Made by a program: the position numbers and the translations under genes. A stretch of 64,000 bases of DNA, taken from NCBI GenBank assembly GCA_964355675.1, contig CAYHEC010000004.1:131924-195923 (forward strand), read 5' to 3'. The notes beneath the pieces are model-generated. The model saw only the letters and a program-made list of their open reading frames with translations. It was not told the DNA's origin and ran no database searches. Origin of the DNA: an uncultured Caldithrix sp. GTDB lineage: Bacteria > Electryoneota > AABM5-125-24 > Hatepunaeales > Hatepunaeaceae. This document shows, one piece after another, positions 20,012 through 29,962 of this stretch. Each line of letters opens with the position of its first letter. Positions within the stretch are counted from its first letter, which is position 1.

Positions 20012-21082
20012 CTACCGAGTTAATGCCAAGGAAATTGAAGCCACCCCAAAAGACGACTCCAATTTGCAGAGATACTTCCCAGACGGAAGTGTTTCTATTT
20101 CAATAGGTATATTATGGATACCAGCGGTTATCTCTCCAAGGTGTTCACTAAATACCTGTCTGCCATCGAGACTGTACACAGAGATGATAATTTTCGATTC
20201 TCGCGGAAGCGCGTAAGAAATAAAAGTCCGACCATTGAATGGATTCGGGAATGCACCCAAAATTTCGAATTGTAAAGGAAGCACTCCCTCAAGTACGGAT
20301 GAAACTGATATATTCCAAAGTCTGACTGTTGTATTTCCGTTTCTGGCAAATACTTCGTTACCTCTCAGCACCAACCAGTTTGTTGAATCGACCTGATAAA
20401 GGGAATCAACCGATAAATAGCTGAATTGAAAACTATCGCCGACTGAAAAGCCCTCGACAACATCTTCCGTAACGGGATCGTCCTCAAAAGCCCACCCGGT
20501 CGCCGAGTCATTGGTCGCCCAAATTAGCAATCCAGCAACATCACCGTCCGGGGTTCGGATTGCCGCCTGATCGCCCGCTTCGGGGCCAATACCCACATCC
20601 CAATTATAAAATTCGGCTGAAGGACAAATAAACCGGTGCCTGTTTAGAGTTGGATGAATTTCGAACTGTGGTTCATTGTCAGCAAGTTCAATAATAAGCA
20701 AACCTCTATCCCGCCATATCCCGTCACCGGTCAAAAGATAGATTTTTCGCAAGGCAATTTCACGTTCGGCTGAGTCATCCCAGCGTACAAAATACATGGA
20801 ATCACCTTCTCGAAAGCCTTCGATGCTGTCTCTCGTCAAAACGTCGTCACCCCAGGCGGCTATACCCACTGGGAAGCCATCCACTATCGTTCCGCCTCCG
20901 CATCGACCTTCAGGAGTAAACAAGCCGAGTTCATCGCCCTGACCCCACAGACCAGCGGTCAAGTAACACTCTCTGATAAGAACCGAGCAGTTGACGTCTG
21001 TTGTATCAAAATTAAAATAACTCGCTCGAGCAGTAACTGTCGATACAAGCAGAAAGGTTAGAGTAAGCGCTATGTTCTTCAT
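20012..21082 (-). CDS. small T9SS cargo protein: signal peptide + two copies of the unassigned module + T9SS sorting domain
   Basis: 356 aa starting MKNIALTLTFLLVSTVTARA. Copy 1 reads NCSVLIRE…GDELGLFTPEGRCGGG…GIAAWGDD…GFREGDSMYFVRWD and is followed by a degenerate copy 2. The sorting domain reads FPNPFNGRTFISYALP…GKYLCKLES…. Confidence 0.8.
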   Translation of the reverse strand: MKNIALTLTFLLVSTVTARASYFNFDTTDVNCSVLIRECYLTAGLWGQGDELGLFTPEGRCGGGTIVDGFPVGIAAWGDDVLTRDSIEGFREGDSMYFVRWDDSAEREIALRKIYLLTGDGIWRDRGLLIIELADNEPQFEIHPTLNRHRFICPSAEFYNWDVGIGPEAGDQAAIRTPDGDVAGLLIWATNDSATGWAFEDDPVTEDVVEGFSVGDSFQFSYLSVDSLYQVDSTNWLVLRGNEVFARNGNTTVRLWNISVSSVLEGVLPLQFEILGAFPNPFNGRTFISYALPRESKIIISVYSLDGRQVFSEHLGEITAGIHNIPIEIETLPSGKYLCKLESSFGVASISLALTR

Positions 21083-21241
21083 TTAGTAATCTTTATGTTC
21101 ATTTGACTTAAATTCCTATTTGCTACTCAAGTTCGTTAATCAAGAGGCAAATTACAATCATTCTTGGAAGGCGGAAACACCTTCTCCAAGGAAAATGTAA
21201 TTCGATTGTACCCCCCTGTTAATCTCCATCCAACGAGTCAA

Positions 21242-24200
21242 TCATCGTAATAGGATCAGCTTCTCGGCGGCTTTGACTTGTCCTGCTTTCACTTCCAGCC
21301 AATAAATACCGGTTGGCAAATCTTTGGCTTCTAAGGAGAATGAATGCCACCCAGCTTCAAGGTTAGAATTGCTGAGAGACCAAACGACTCGCCCTTGCAA
21401 ATCAATTAATCGGCTTACGACATCAGTTCGGGAAGGTAAACCAAATCGAACCGTTGTCCGGCTGTTAAATGGATTTGGGTATGTGGGCGTAATGGTGAGC
21501 TGAGTCGGCAACTCGATGGCACATTCGACCAACGATGCGGTTTCAAAACCATCGGTTGCATAGGCAATGCCGTCTGAAAGAGGATCCAACCGAGCAATCA
21601 TTCGATTATCTTTGATTGCGACAATCGAGAGACTCTCGTTCTCGAGTGCGCCATCGATTTCGCTCGTCAAAGAGTCGTCTCCTCTTAGTACAATACCAGC
21701 AGGCAACGACGCAATCGTTCCCCATCCGACTGTGAGACCCGTTATATTGGAGATAGCCTGCAATGTAACATCTTCACTAACCACACTCGATGGCGCATCA
21801 AGGATCAACAAACTCATATCAGATCCAGTCTGTCGAGATTGTCGTTCGGCTGGAGTGACAGGCATTCGAGGCATTTCTGCCATATTCTCATTGTCAGTAT
21901 AGACAAGTTCGATTCTTCTGTCAACCTTGACTTTGTAGCCTTCACCAGGAACTAAAAAATCCATTCCGAAAAAACCGAAGCGAGGAGCTATAAAATCTCC
22001 GCTCCCGTTTTTGGCAATCATGAGCGCCTGCATGATACTTTCAAAACCAACGCGAGAATTTACCGGGTGATCGAGGAGATAACCAATGGTATTCCAACCA
22101 ATCGAAAGTTGAATTGGAGTATCAAGCTCTGATTTTCGCCCGATGACAACAAGACTATCGTCGGTTGTCACATTGACCTGATACCCATTCAGTGGGTCCC
22201 ATTGACCGAGACCATTGAAATTGAACCGAGTTGTCCAAAATCTTCCCGCTCCATCCTTGATCATTACCAAATGCTGACGTTCTAAAACTCCGGCAAATAA
22301 TGTTGGAATATCAAGGGAGTTAGGTACGACAAAGCTTGAAATTAGGTTCCAGCCCTGAACGAGATGAACGACTTGCACATCCGGATCTTGAATAACAAGT
22401 CTGACCTGGATTTCATCGTTCTCTCTAAAGTGATTGCCTCCGAAAACGTATTCCACATCCGGGTGGAATTCTTCATTGTATCCTGCATCCCAGACAATGA
22501 ATGTCAACGAATCGCCTTGCCTAAACGCCTGATCCCCTCCGTAAATAAAGAAGTCTGCCGGAGCGTCCACCCACCGGACAGCGCCTCCGACTCGGCCCTC
22601 AGGCGTAAGAACGGCAACCTCACTGCCGACAAGTAATTCTCTGCCATACACATCTGTGGAAAGAATCCTGATACTTGCTCGTCTCTCAGATTCGACCGGA
22701 TCATCAAAGTGGCGGAAACCTTCGACTATCTCAAGCGACGCATGAAGGGAAGCGATCGATCCATCGAAGGCATGAACGACGATATCTGCCTCGTAATTGT
22801 CTCCCTGACTGGCCCCAGGTGGAACAGATATATTTACCGTCAAGTCCTCGTTATCTCGCGCCCCAATTTCACCCTCGATCGGATCCAACGTGATCCAACT
22901 AATTCTTGGATTGACCTCCACACCGATCAGGTGTTGTGGATTTGTTCCAACGACTGCTCCGAGAATCCACCGGTTGGCATCCCAACTCCCGATCATGCAG
23001 AGTCCGGTCGGCGCTCCCTCAAAATGAATATCCGTTTCTTCAATAATCTCGCGTTCCGGATCACTCCGATAGATAGCAGTGGAGCCGTCAGGTTCGAGGT
23101 TGGCGATATAAAGTGGAAGATCGTCGATGTCCTCAGGATTCCAGGCGAAACCGTAAACTCCATCAAGATTATGCTCGTCCCATTCTAACAATACTTCACC
23201 GGCACGGTTAACAAGATACCAAGGCATATCATACTCTCCGCACCAGAAGGCGTCTGTCTCCCTATCATACGCCAAAGCCCGATTCACGGTTATTGGCGCT
23301 CCCAGCTGAACACCGATTAATTCCCCATCGGTAGTAAAGGAGTAGATACTATCGTTCTGTGAACCATACAAATACTGTCCGTCCCATGCCAAATCTCTTA
23401 ACCCCCAACCAACTTGCCTTACTTGCGGTTGGTTGAATTGTCGCATTTGAGTACCATTCCGATTCATCACGGATACTTTTAGACCTTGAACCGGATCACC
23501 ACTTGTGACAAAGAACTGGTCTGAGGCATATTCGACGCCCATTATTCTCTGAAGTCCGGTCACAACAGTCAAATTGATGTCGAACTGAATATCCCCGGGG
23601 CGGTCTCTTTCGGGAGCTATGGACCCCGTTTTTCTGAGCGTCCTGCCGTTTCTATCTCGATTAGGAACTTGATTTAGCAAGCGAAGAGTGTAGGGTACAG
23701 AAATTTCACTCTCGTTGATAAGACTTGTGCCGGTCTGGAAATGGTCGTTACCACCTAGTGCGATACCAATATTTTCGACGTCAAATCTGACGATGGGTTG
23801 ATACAATTCAAAATCAACCCTGATGCTGTCACGAGGGTTAAGTTGTACTTCAAGTTCATCACTGGCATATCCCGGTAACACAGCTGTCAGGTTCGTCATT
23901 CCCGGAATAATGCCGACCAGTCGGTAGCCGCCCTGTTGATTGGTAAGAGAACTGATACGACCGTTTGAGATGGTTGCACCTGATAAACTTTGCCCGTTCT
24001 GATCTCGAGCTGTGCCGTAAACCTGGGATCCGACTGGAGGCGATCCTCCCCAGACCACTAAGTCATCGATATACCAGCCTGCGTACCAGTCGATCTCGTT
24101 ATCTGTCTTGAACTGCCAGCGAAAACGGACAGTGTGACCTTCGAATTCAGAAAGATCAACACTTACCATCTGCCAGGCGGCGATTTCACCCGTCCAGGCC

Positions 24201-27200
24201 GGTTGATTTTGAAATGACGCAACCGTCTGATCGGGATAACCTCCGAGTGGTGTTGCCAGAGTATAAGCTCCGCCATCCACAGAAATCAGTAATTGTCCTC
24301 CATCACGACCGACTTCGGCTGACATGTAATGGAAGAATTCGATGCTCGCCTCAGGTGAGGTTAGCAGGAACTCATTGATTGTCGTCAACGTGAAGTTAGC
24401 ATTGTTCTCGTAATGCCGGGGTGAAGTCTGTCTCGTGCCCCACACATAAGATCCTGAATGAGCGCTCGCCGGTCCATTGACTAAAGCATTAGTCAAATTC
24501 CAACTTCCGAATGGAGAAGCCGTGAATACCGCCGGTGGAGGGGCATTATTGACTCTTTCGAAATTATGGTATTGACTAACACCCAACGGCACACGAACAT
24601 TGGCGGGAGACGAGTAATTGGGCACCTCATCAAACGCTATCAGAGTAAGATCGTGCCAACCCTCCTGGCCAGCGGCTAATTCGCCTGTGAAGGTAACGGT
24701 GGGTGCATCAACTCTGCCTACTTCCTCGCCATTGATAATAACGCGAGTGCCCGCATAGTCCGTACAGAATTGAAGGTTGTCGGCATTTCGAAGCGGAGCT
24801 GTCCATCGTATAGTATAATTCCGCAAATTGTTGGTAACAACTATGTTTGAAGGAGCCGCAGGAGGCATATTGAATTTGGCGGTATCTTCGGGACTCTCTA
24901 ATTCGATATTGTTGCCATAGTTTGCCACAATCGAATAGGTATGATCTCTATCCTCACCAGCAGAACCGACGACGTGCTCCCATAAGCGATTCTGAAATAC
25001 ACCTTCAGCCGCGACCTGACCATCCACGATTATCCTGTAACCTTCGGGCGGATCACGCTCCGGAAGATCGCCCGTGTTAGGATTGGTTGGGATTGATACT
25101 TCGGCTGTTAACTGGGTTGCAACCAGATCGGTATTGGTAACTACGATGCGATCACCTAAATCAGCCAGAGTGAAACTCGGTGAGTTAACTTCTCGTAAAG
25201 GACGTGGAGCTATTCGCTGTTCATTATCATCTTCATACTTGTAAATCACTGCCCGGATCATATTGTCGCCTGGTAGGCCGTTGAAACGACGCCATTGACC
25301 ATCGATACGCAGATGTGTTACATCGGGGTGATCCATCCGGTTATCGAGTCCGGTTGCGTTAAAAGTTACGACGTCTTCATTTATATTCTGATGCCAGCCG
25401 ACATAAAAAGCTCCGGTCAGTAGTCGAACTCCGGTCGATGCGACGGTAACCCATTGAGAGGCGGTACGATTTCTGTCGAAATCGCTCCAAATTTCCTCGC
25501 CAGGAAGGCCTGTTTCGGGGTCTTCAAGCCAAATTCGATAATGGATGGGAACATACGCAAAACCTTGCCAGCCATTGAAACCAAAATCCCCCCGTCGGAA
25601 CATATAGGTTTGAACAGAAACGACATCATACAAACCTTCAGGTTCGAACCTAACCGCAATTACATCGTCTCTTCCCTGTAGATAGACAGCATTGGCAATA
25701 ACACCATTATCATAGCGGAGCGAGTCATTAATCCCGATCATGCCTGGTGGATTCCAAGTCACTACTACCCTGTCATCAAATTTACCATTTAGTTGGATAG
25801 CTCGTATCGGGAGACGGTCATCAAGCATAAAATTTTGCTCTGTCGATTCGCCGTCTCTAATCTCGATTCCAGCTACACTCGCACCGCGCCAACCAGACAA
25901 TCTCGGAGTTACCGTGTAGTTACCTTCGGTCAAACGCATTTCGTAATAGCCGTCGATAGCAGTTGTTGTAACTTGTAAATTATCACCATCTTCTTCATTA
26001 ACAACAGCAATCTCAACTCCTCTTAGCCATCCATCCTCAACATGAACATTTCGCACATAGCCCTGAAGCATCCCCTGGCGAATATGAGAAAGTTGTATGT
26101 CGCGACTTGGATGGGCGTCCGGGGCGATATCGAAGGAATCCGTCTCAAAGGGTATGAAGCCTTCATAATCAGCTGTAAGTTTATAGCGCCCCGGCAATAG
26201 ATCGGCAAATAAGTAATTGCCATCCGCATCCGGGCTGGCCAAACTGTCATTCAGGGATAGGACTACCTCCTGAACATTACCTTCATCATCAAGAGAGACT
26301 TCACCTTCCAGTGAACACGAACCTCCGTTTACAGTTAATCCGAGAGAAAGATTTGTGACCCTACCGCCGCGCGTGTCATAAATTTCGAGATTTCCACCGA
26401 GTTCACTATCCACTCTTCCCCGTGCATCGAAGGAAACCAGCAATTCTGTATCTGCTCTGGGATCTAACTGCCCGGTTAGTGGTGAAATTCGCGCCCAATT
26501 GAGTGCTGGCCATAATTCGTATAATTTCAGGAAATCAGCGTCTCGACCTTGAATAACAACGCCGAGCATCCAAGTCTGGGTGTCATAGAGATAAGTAGTG
26601 AAAGCGCCACCCGCAAAACCTTCCTCTTCCGTGGCAGTCTCCATTTGGCGAATTAATTGTTGAGTGCGTGGATTATAACGATATAAAGCCGCCCCACCGT
26701 TTTCAGATTCCTGATTATGTATATAAAGACAAGCGCCGTCAGGGTCAGTGGGATTCCAAGCCATTCCAACTACGCCGGTGAGACCGTGGTCGGTAACTCG
26801 GTCAACGAGGCTTGTTACGCCAATCCCGGTGCGGTGATACTTATACCAAGTATCATCACGATCCCCTACCCAGAATGAATTCTCGCCAGGAATCCAGGCT
26901 ATAGCACGGTTTACCGTGAGGGGTGTTCTAAATTCAGTCCCCAGAACCCGGCCATCGAAAGGGCTCATCCTGAAGACGCTATTGTTAGCGGAACCATACA
27001 CGAAGGTTCCATCGTACGCCAGATCACGAACTCCCCAGCCATTCAAATTAAACTGATCCCCTTGCGCAACAGTCATAAGAACATCTCCTTCGCGGTTCAT
27101 CAAGTAAAAATGGCTTGTATCGGTAGTAAAATCGCCCCCAGTAGTCAGAAGATTATAGGTTCTTGGCGTACCGTTTCGTACGAATTCTGCGGCAATATGA

Positions 27201-29962
27201 TATTGATCCCCGGTCTCGGCGGTTAAGTTAATCGTTTTAATCAACTGCCATGGATTATCTCTGTTTGGAGCATTGCTGGGCATCTCAGCCGGACCCGGAA
27301 GCAGGTTTCTCCCACCCTGCGGAAAATAATCAATAAATATTTGAAAATTTGTTGGGCTGTCGCCTTCGTTGGCAAGAGTAATCCTTATTACGCTCTGATC
27401 TCCGGAATTAAGTGATTCCTCGATTGTCTCTGGATCTACAGTCAATCGGCTGTTATACTCATCCAAAAAGAATTCTCGAACAATATTTCTATCGGCTTCA
27501 ATCGCAATATTTCCCGCTGAATCAGCAAAACCAATCGCAGAAATTGCATAGGCATGGTTACCTGCTTGAAGTTCGAAGAATTGAAATCGGCCATTCACAT
27601 CCGATATTGCCCGGTTGTTACCGTCTAAAACAACTACTGCGCCTGGAATTGCAATCTGATCAGCGCTGGTTTTAACGAAACCAGTGATTGCCCCGGTTAC
27701 AGGGCGATATATTCGCAGGTCATCGATAAACCATCCCGGACCAACATTGCTGTCGTCAGAACGGAAATGATAGCGCAGAGTAATTTCCTGCCCGGTAAAA
27801 CCTGACAAATCAAAGGTCGAGGATATCCACCCATTGGAATTGCCTGAAAATCCAGGGCCTCCATCGAAAGCAAATATCGAGCGTTCTGGATACCCATTCA
27901 CGGGTACAAGAACATCCCACCTCTCGCCATTATCGAGTGAAAATTCGACTCTTCCCCCGTCCCAGCCGCCTTCGCATAAATACCGATGATTGAAGGATAG
28001 AAAAGTCCTCGCCTGTTCAGGAATTTCAATTCGGGGCGTCACAAGTTCGAAATCTGCCAAATCAGGGTAATTTCCGTTTAAGATGGTTGCCCAGGCTCTT
28101 TGCCCATTCGCAGCTCCACCAGCGGGTATCCCCCACTCCCATCCGCCTTGTCCTGGAATGGGAGTCAACGCACCATTGCTCTGTTCGAATCCGAGCGTAA
28201 CGGGAACGCGCCAAAAACTTGTCGGAGTCACGAAGGCAGGATCGGAAAGCTCCGATTCACCGTCAGGATTTCGATATACCGCTGAAATCGCAAATTCATA
28301 CTGACGACCGTTCTCGAGCTCAATTGCGGTATAGCGTCTGCTGTTGGTAAAGTCAAAAACCTCACCCCCAGCATAAACATTATATCCGAGCAGATCGTCT
28401 CGCTGTGGAACTTCTTGCTCCCTGATCTGATTGAGCTCACCTCTAAGCCTAATAATCTCTGCTCGTGCCTCTTCCGAAGGTTTATCGTGATTCCGTGGAT
28501 ATAAAGCCGCAATCTGATGCTGAAGTTCTAATTGCCGCATAATGATACGATTATCACGATGAGGCATATCCCATTGTAAAACTACTTCCCCATCTCCGGC
28601 TCTTGCTCTCAGATTGACTGGACGAGGAAACTCAGGTGGTGGCACACGGAAAAAATCGACTATCAGACGTATCAAATCCTGCTTTGTCGCGCCATCCCCA
28701 TCGACAAGCCCTCCAAATTCAAAAGACGCTCCAACAGTTCGGTAAACATCTCCACGGAATGATATCATTCCGACTACTGTCTCTTCACCATCACGGAAAG
28801 TTAGAACTTCTTCTGCATCTTCCATTACACCTAAGTGATCTGTGTAATCATTATCCTGGGCATCGTACTCCGCAAAAACTAACCCGTCGGCAATACCACC
28901 GGCTACCCCAGTGATAGGTCCGGATGCCGCATGTCCATCGATAACGCCTTCGATTCTGAACAAGGGATGAGCTTCAGTAGGGGGATCGCCAGTCCAAAAA
29001 TCAGATCCTTCCAAGTATATATTGCCTCCAGCCCGGGCGTAAGCCGCAAGAACATCTCCCTCGGCACGGGTCAATCGATGATAATTCCGGCCATTCTCTC
29101 CGTAATTGCCAAGATTTATGAAAACTGCTTCATAGTCATTAAGGTCTTCTGGTAATTGCTGGTTGAGACGGCTCTGAAGAAAAGTCACGGTGTGCTCTTC
29201 ATCTCGCAATGCCACTGTTTGAGCGGTGCCGGATGGTGTAGATAATCCAGCGTCCCAAACAAGAAAGTTCCCCGGTCCATGATCGCTAAGTAAGTACGCG
29301 GTACGCTCGCCAATTTCTGCGCCATCTCCATTATGACGAACTGTCAATCCTTCGCTTCCGTCATGATTTTCAAGACCTATCGTCCCATCAGCCAAATTGA
29401 AATCTTCACCAATCACTCTAAATTGCAGTAAAATATTTCCATCTGGAGCGAGTGCCACCTGCATAGTGATGGTATTCTCGGGTGCGTGACCTTCCTGATT
29501 GACTTCAAGGTAATTTTGATATTCTATTACAAATTTACCTTCGCGATGTCCTATGAAAACACTGCCTTCCCCCCATTCGGACCGAGGAGTAAGGTTTTTC
29601 CAGAAGAGGGCGATGATATTATTAGGGGAGTTTTGTTCTGGGAGTTCTTGATTATCAGATCGTTCGTATTCATCGGAGGGACCGAAACCAATCATTCCAT
29701 TCGAACAGACGTAGAGATTGTCATAGAGACGTCCGTAAAAAGGAAAGTCGAATCCAATTTCAATTGGACCAACGAAAGAGTTATCTTCTAATTCGACAAT
29801 GGATTCACCGATATCTTCGATTTCAAGCCAATGGAAATCCACGGGATAAAAAAGATACGGATTACCCTCATCTCTGCCCGGCAAGGGATTGCCATTTGCA
29901 GACAACGATATCAGGCATAGTAGAAGCAGTCCGGGAAGCAAGCGAAAAAAGCGTCGCATCAA
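21242..29962 (-). CDS. giant multidomain T9SS cargo protein (MAM-like ×2, carboxypeptidase-regulatory-like ×3-4, internally duplicated ~330-aa unit, one copy of the unassigned module)
   Basis: 2906 aa with a signal peptide (MMRRFFRLLPGLLLLCLISLSANG). Two MAM-like / choice-of-anchor-J-like domains end in GWFIDDLRIY and GWYIDDLVVWG. CarbopepD_reg-like segments are present (e.g. GAITGFVKTSADQIAIPGAVVVLDGNNRAISDVNGRFQF). Two paralogous ~330-aa units lie at aa ~905-1215 and ~2115-2415. The module copy is at aa ~2418-2525. The T9SS domain reads YPNPFNSRTTVRFGLP…GIYWLEVKAG…LILLR. Confidence 0.85.
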   Translation of the reverse strand: MMRRFFRLLPGLLLLCLISLSANGNPLPGRDEGNPYLFYPVDFHWLEIEDIGESIVELEDNSFVGPIEIGFDFPFYGRLYDNLYVCSNGMIGFGPSDEYERSDNQELPEQNSPNNIIALFWKNLTPRSEWGEGSVFIGHREGKFVIEYQNYLEVNQEGHAPENTITMQVALAPDGNILLQFRVIGEDFNLADGTIGLENHDGSEGLTVRHNGDGAEIGERTAYLLSDHGPGNFLVWDAGLSTPSGTAQTVALRDEEHTVTFLQSRLNQQLPEDLNDYEAVFINLGNYGENGRNYHRLTRAEGDVLAAYARAGGNIYLEGSDFWTGDPPTEAHPLFRIEGVIDGHAASGPITGVAGGIADGLVFAEYDAQDNDYTDHLGVMEDAEEVLTFRDGEETVVGMISFRGDVYRTVGASFEFGGLVDGDGATKQDLIRLIVDFFRVPPPEFPRPVNLRARAGDGEVVLQWDMPHRDNRIIMRQLELQHQIAALYPRNHDKPSEEARAEIIRLRGELNQIREQEVPQRDDLLGYNVYAGGEVFDFTNSRRYTAIELENGRQYEFAISAVYRNPDGESELSDPAFVTPTSFWRVPVTLGFEQSNGALTPIPGQGGWEWGIPAGGAANGQRAWATILNGNYPDLADFELVTPRIEIPEQARTFLSFNHRYLCEGGWDGGRVEFSLDNGERWDVLVPVNGYPERSIFAFDGGPGFSGNSNGWISSTFDLSGFTGQEITLRYHFRSDDSNVGPGWFIDDLRIYRPVTGAITGFVKTSADQIAIPGAVVVLDGNNRAISDVNGRFQFFELQAGNHAYAISAIGFADSAGNIAIEADRNIVREFFLDEYNSRLTVDPETIEESLNSGDQSVIRITLANEGDSPTNFQIFIDYFPQGGRNLLPGPAEMPSNAPNRDNPWQLIKTINLTAETGDQYHIAAEFVRNGTPRTYNLLTTGGDFTTDTSHFYLMNREGDVLMTVAQGDQFNLNGWGVRDLAYDGTFVYGSANNSVFRMSPFDGRVLGTEFRTPLTVNRAIAWIPGENSFWVGDRDDTWYKYHRTGIGVTSLVDRVTDHGLTGVVGMAWNPTDPDGACLYIHNQESENGGAALYRYNPRTQQLIRQMETATEEEGFAGGAFTTYLYDTQTWMLGVVIQGRDADFLKLYELWPALNWARISPLTGQLDPRADTELLVSFDARGRVDSELGGNLEIYDTRGGRVTNLSLGLTVNGGSCSLEGEVSLDDEGNVQEVVLSLNDSLASPDADGNYLFADLLPGRYKLTADYEGFIPFETDSFDIAPDAHPSRDIQLSHIRQGMLQGYVRNVHVEDGWLRGVEIAVVNEEDGDNLQVTTTAIDGYYEMRLTEGNYTVTPRLSGWRGASVAGIEIRDGESTEQNFMLDDRLPIRAIQLNGKFDDRVVVTWNPPGMIGINDSLRYDNGVIANAVYLQGRDDVIAVRFEPEGLYDVVSVQTYMFRRGDFGFNGWQGFAYVPIHYRIWLEDPETGLPGEEIWSDFDRNRTASQWVTVASTGVRLLTGAFYVGWHQNINEDVVTFNATGLDNRMDHPDVTHLRIDGQWRRFNGLPGDNMIRAVIYKYEDDNEQRIAPRPLREVNSPSFTLADLGDRIVVTNTDLVATQLTAEVSIPTNPNTGDLPERDPPEGYRIIVDGQVAAEGVFQNRLWEHVVGSAGEDRDHTYSIVANYGNNIELESPEDTAKFNMPPAAPSNIVVTNNLRNYTIRWTAPLRNADNLQFCTDYAGTRVIINGEEVGRVDAPTVTFTGELAAGQEGWHDLTLIAFDEVPNYSSPANVRVPLGVSQYHNFERVNNAPPPAVFTASPFGSWNLTNALVNGPASAHSGSYVWGTRQTSPRHYENNANFTLTTINEFLLTSPEASIEFFHYMSAEVGRDGGQLLISVDGGAYTLATPLGGYPDQTVASFQNQPAWTGEIAAWQMVSVDLSEFEGHTVRFRWQFKTDNEIDWYAGWYIDDLVVWGGSPPVGSQVYGTARDQNGQSLSGATISNGRISSLTNQQGGYRLVGIIPGMTNLTAVLPGYASDELEVQLNPRDSIRVDFELYQPIVRFDVENIGIALGGNDHFQTGTSLINESEISVPYTLRLLNQVPNRDRNGRTLRKTGSIAPERDRPGDIQFDINLTVVTGLQRIMGVEYASDQFFVTSGDPVQGLKVSVMNRNGTQMRQFNQPQVRQVGWGLRDLAWDGQYLYGSQNDSIYSFTTDGELIGVQLGAPITVNRALAYDRETDAFWCGEYDMPWYLVNRAGEVLLEWDEHNLDGVYGFAWNPEDIDDLPLYIANLEPDGSTAIYRSDPEREIIEETDIHFEGAPTGLCMIGSWDANRWILGAVVGTNPQHLIGVEVNPRISWITLDPIEGEIGARDNEDLTVNISVPPGASQGDNYEADIVVHAFDGSIASLHASLEIVEGFRHFDDPVESERRASIRILSTDVYGRELLVGSEVAVLTPEGRVGGAVRWVDAPADFFIYGGDQAFRQGDSLTFIVWDAGYNEEFHPDVEYVFGGNHFRENDEIQVRLVIQDPDVQVVHLVQGWNLISSFVVPNSLDIPTLFAGVLERQHLVMIKDGAGRFWTTRFNFNGLGQWDPLNGYQVNVTTDDSLVVIGRKSELDTPIQLSIGWNTIGYLLDHPVNSRVGFESIMQALMIAKNGSGDFIAPRFGFFGMDFLVPGEGYKVKVDRRIELVYTDNENMAEMPRMPVTPAERQSRQTGSDMSLLILDAPSSVVSEDVTLQAISNITGLTVGWGTIASLPAGIVLRGDDSLTSEIDGALENESLSIVAIKDNRMIARLDPLSDGIAYATDGFETASLVECAIELPTQLTITPTYPNPFNSRTTVRFGLPSRTDVVSRLIDLQGRVVWSLSNSNLEAGWHSFSLEAKDLPTGIYWLEVKAGQVKAAEKLILLR

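Noticed and set aside
21164-21193. Terminator hairpin 3' of gene C (cttggaagg…ccttctccaagg)
   Set aside because: The stem is imperfect with a bulge and is not followed by a T-tract on the transcribed strand. The evidence is too weak to call.
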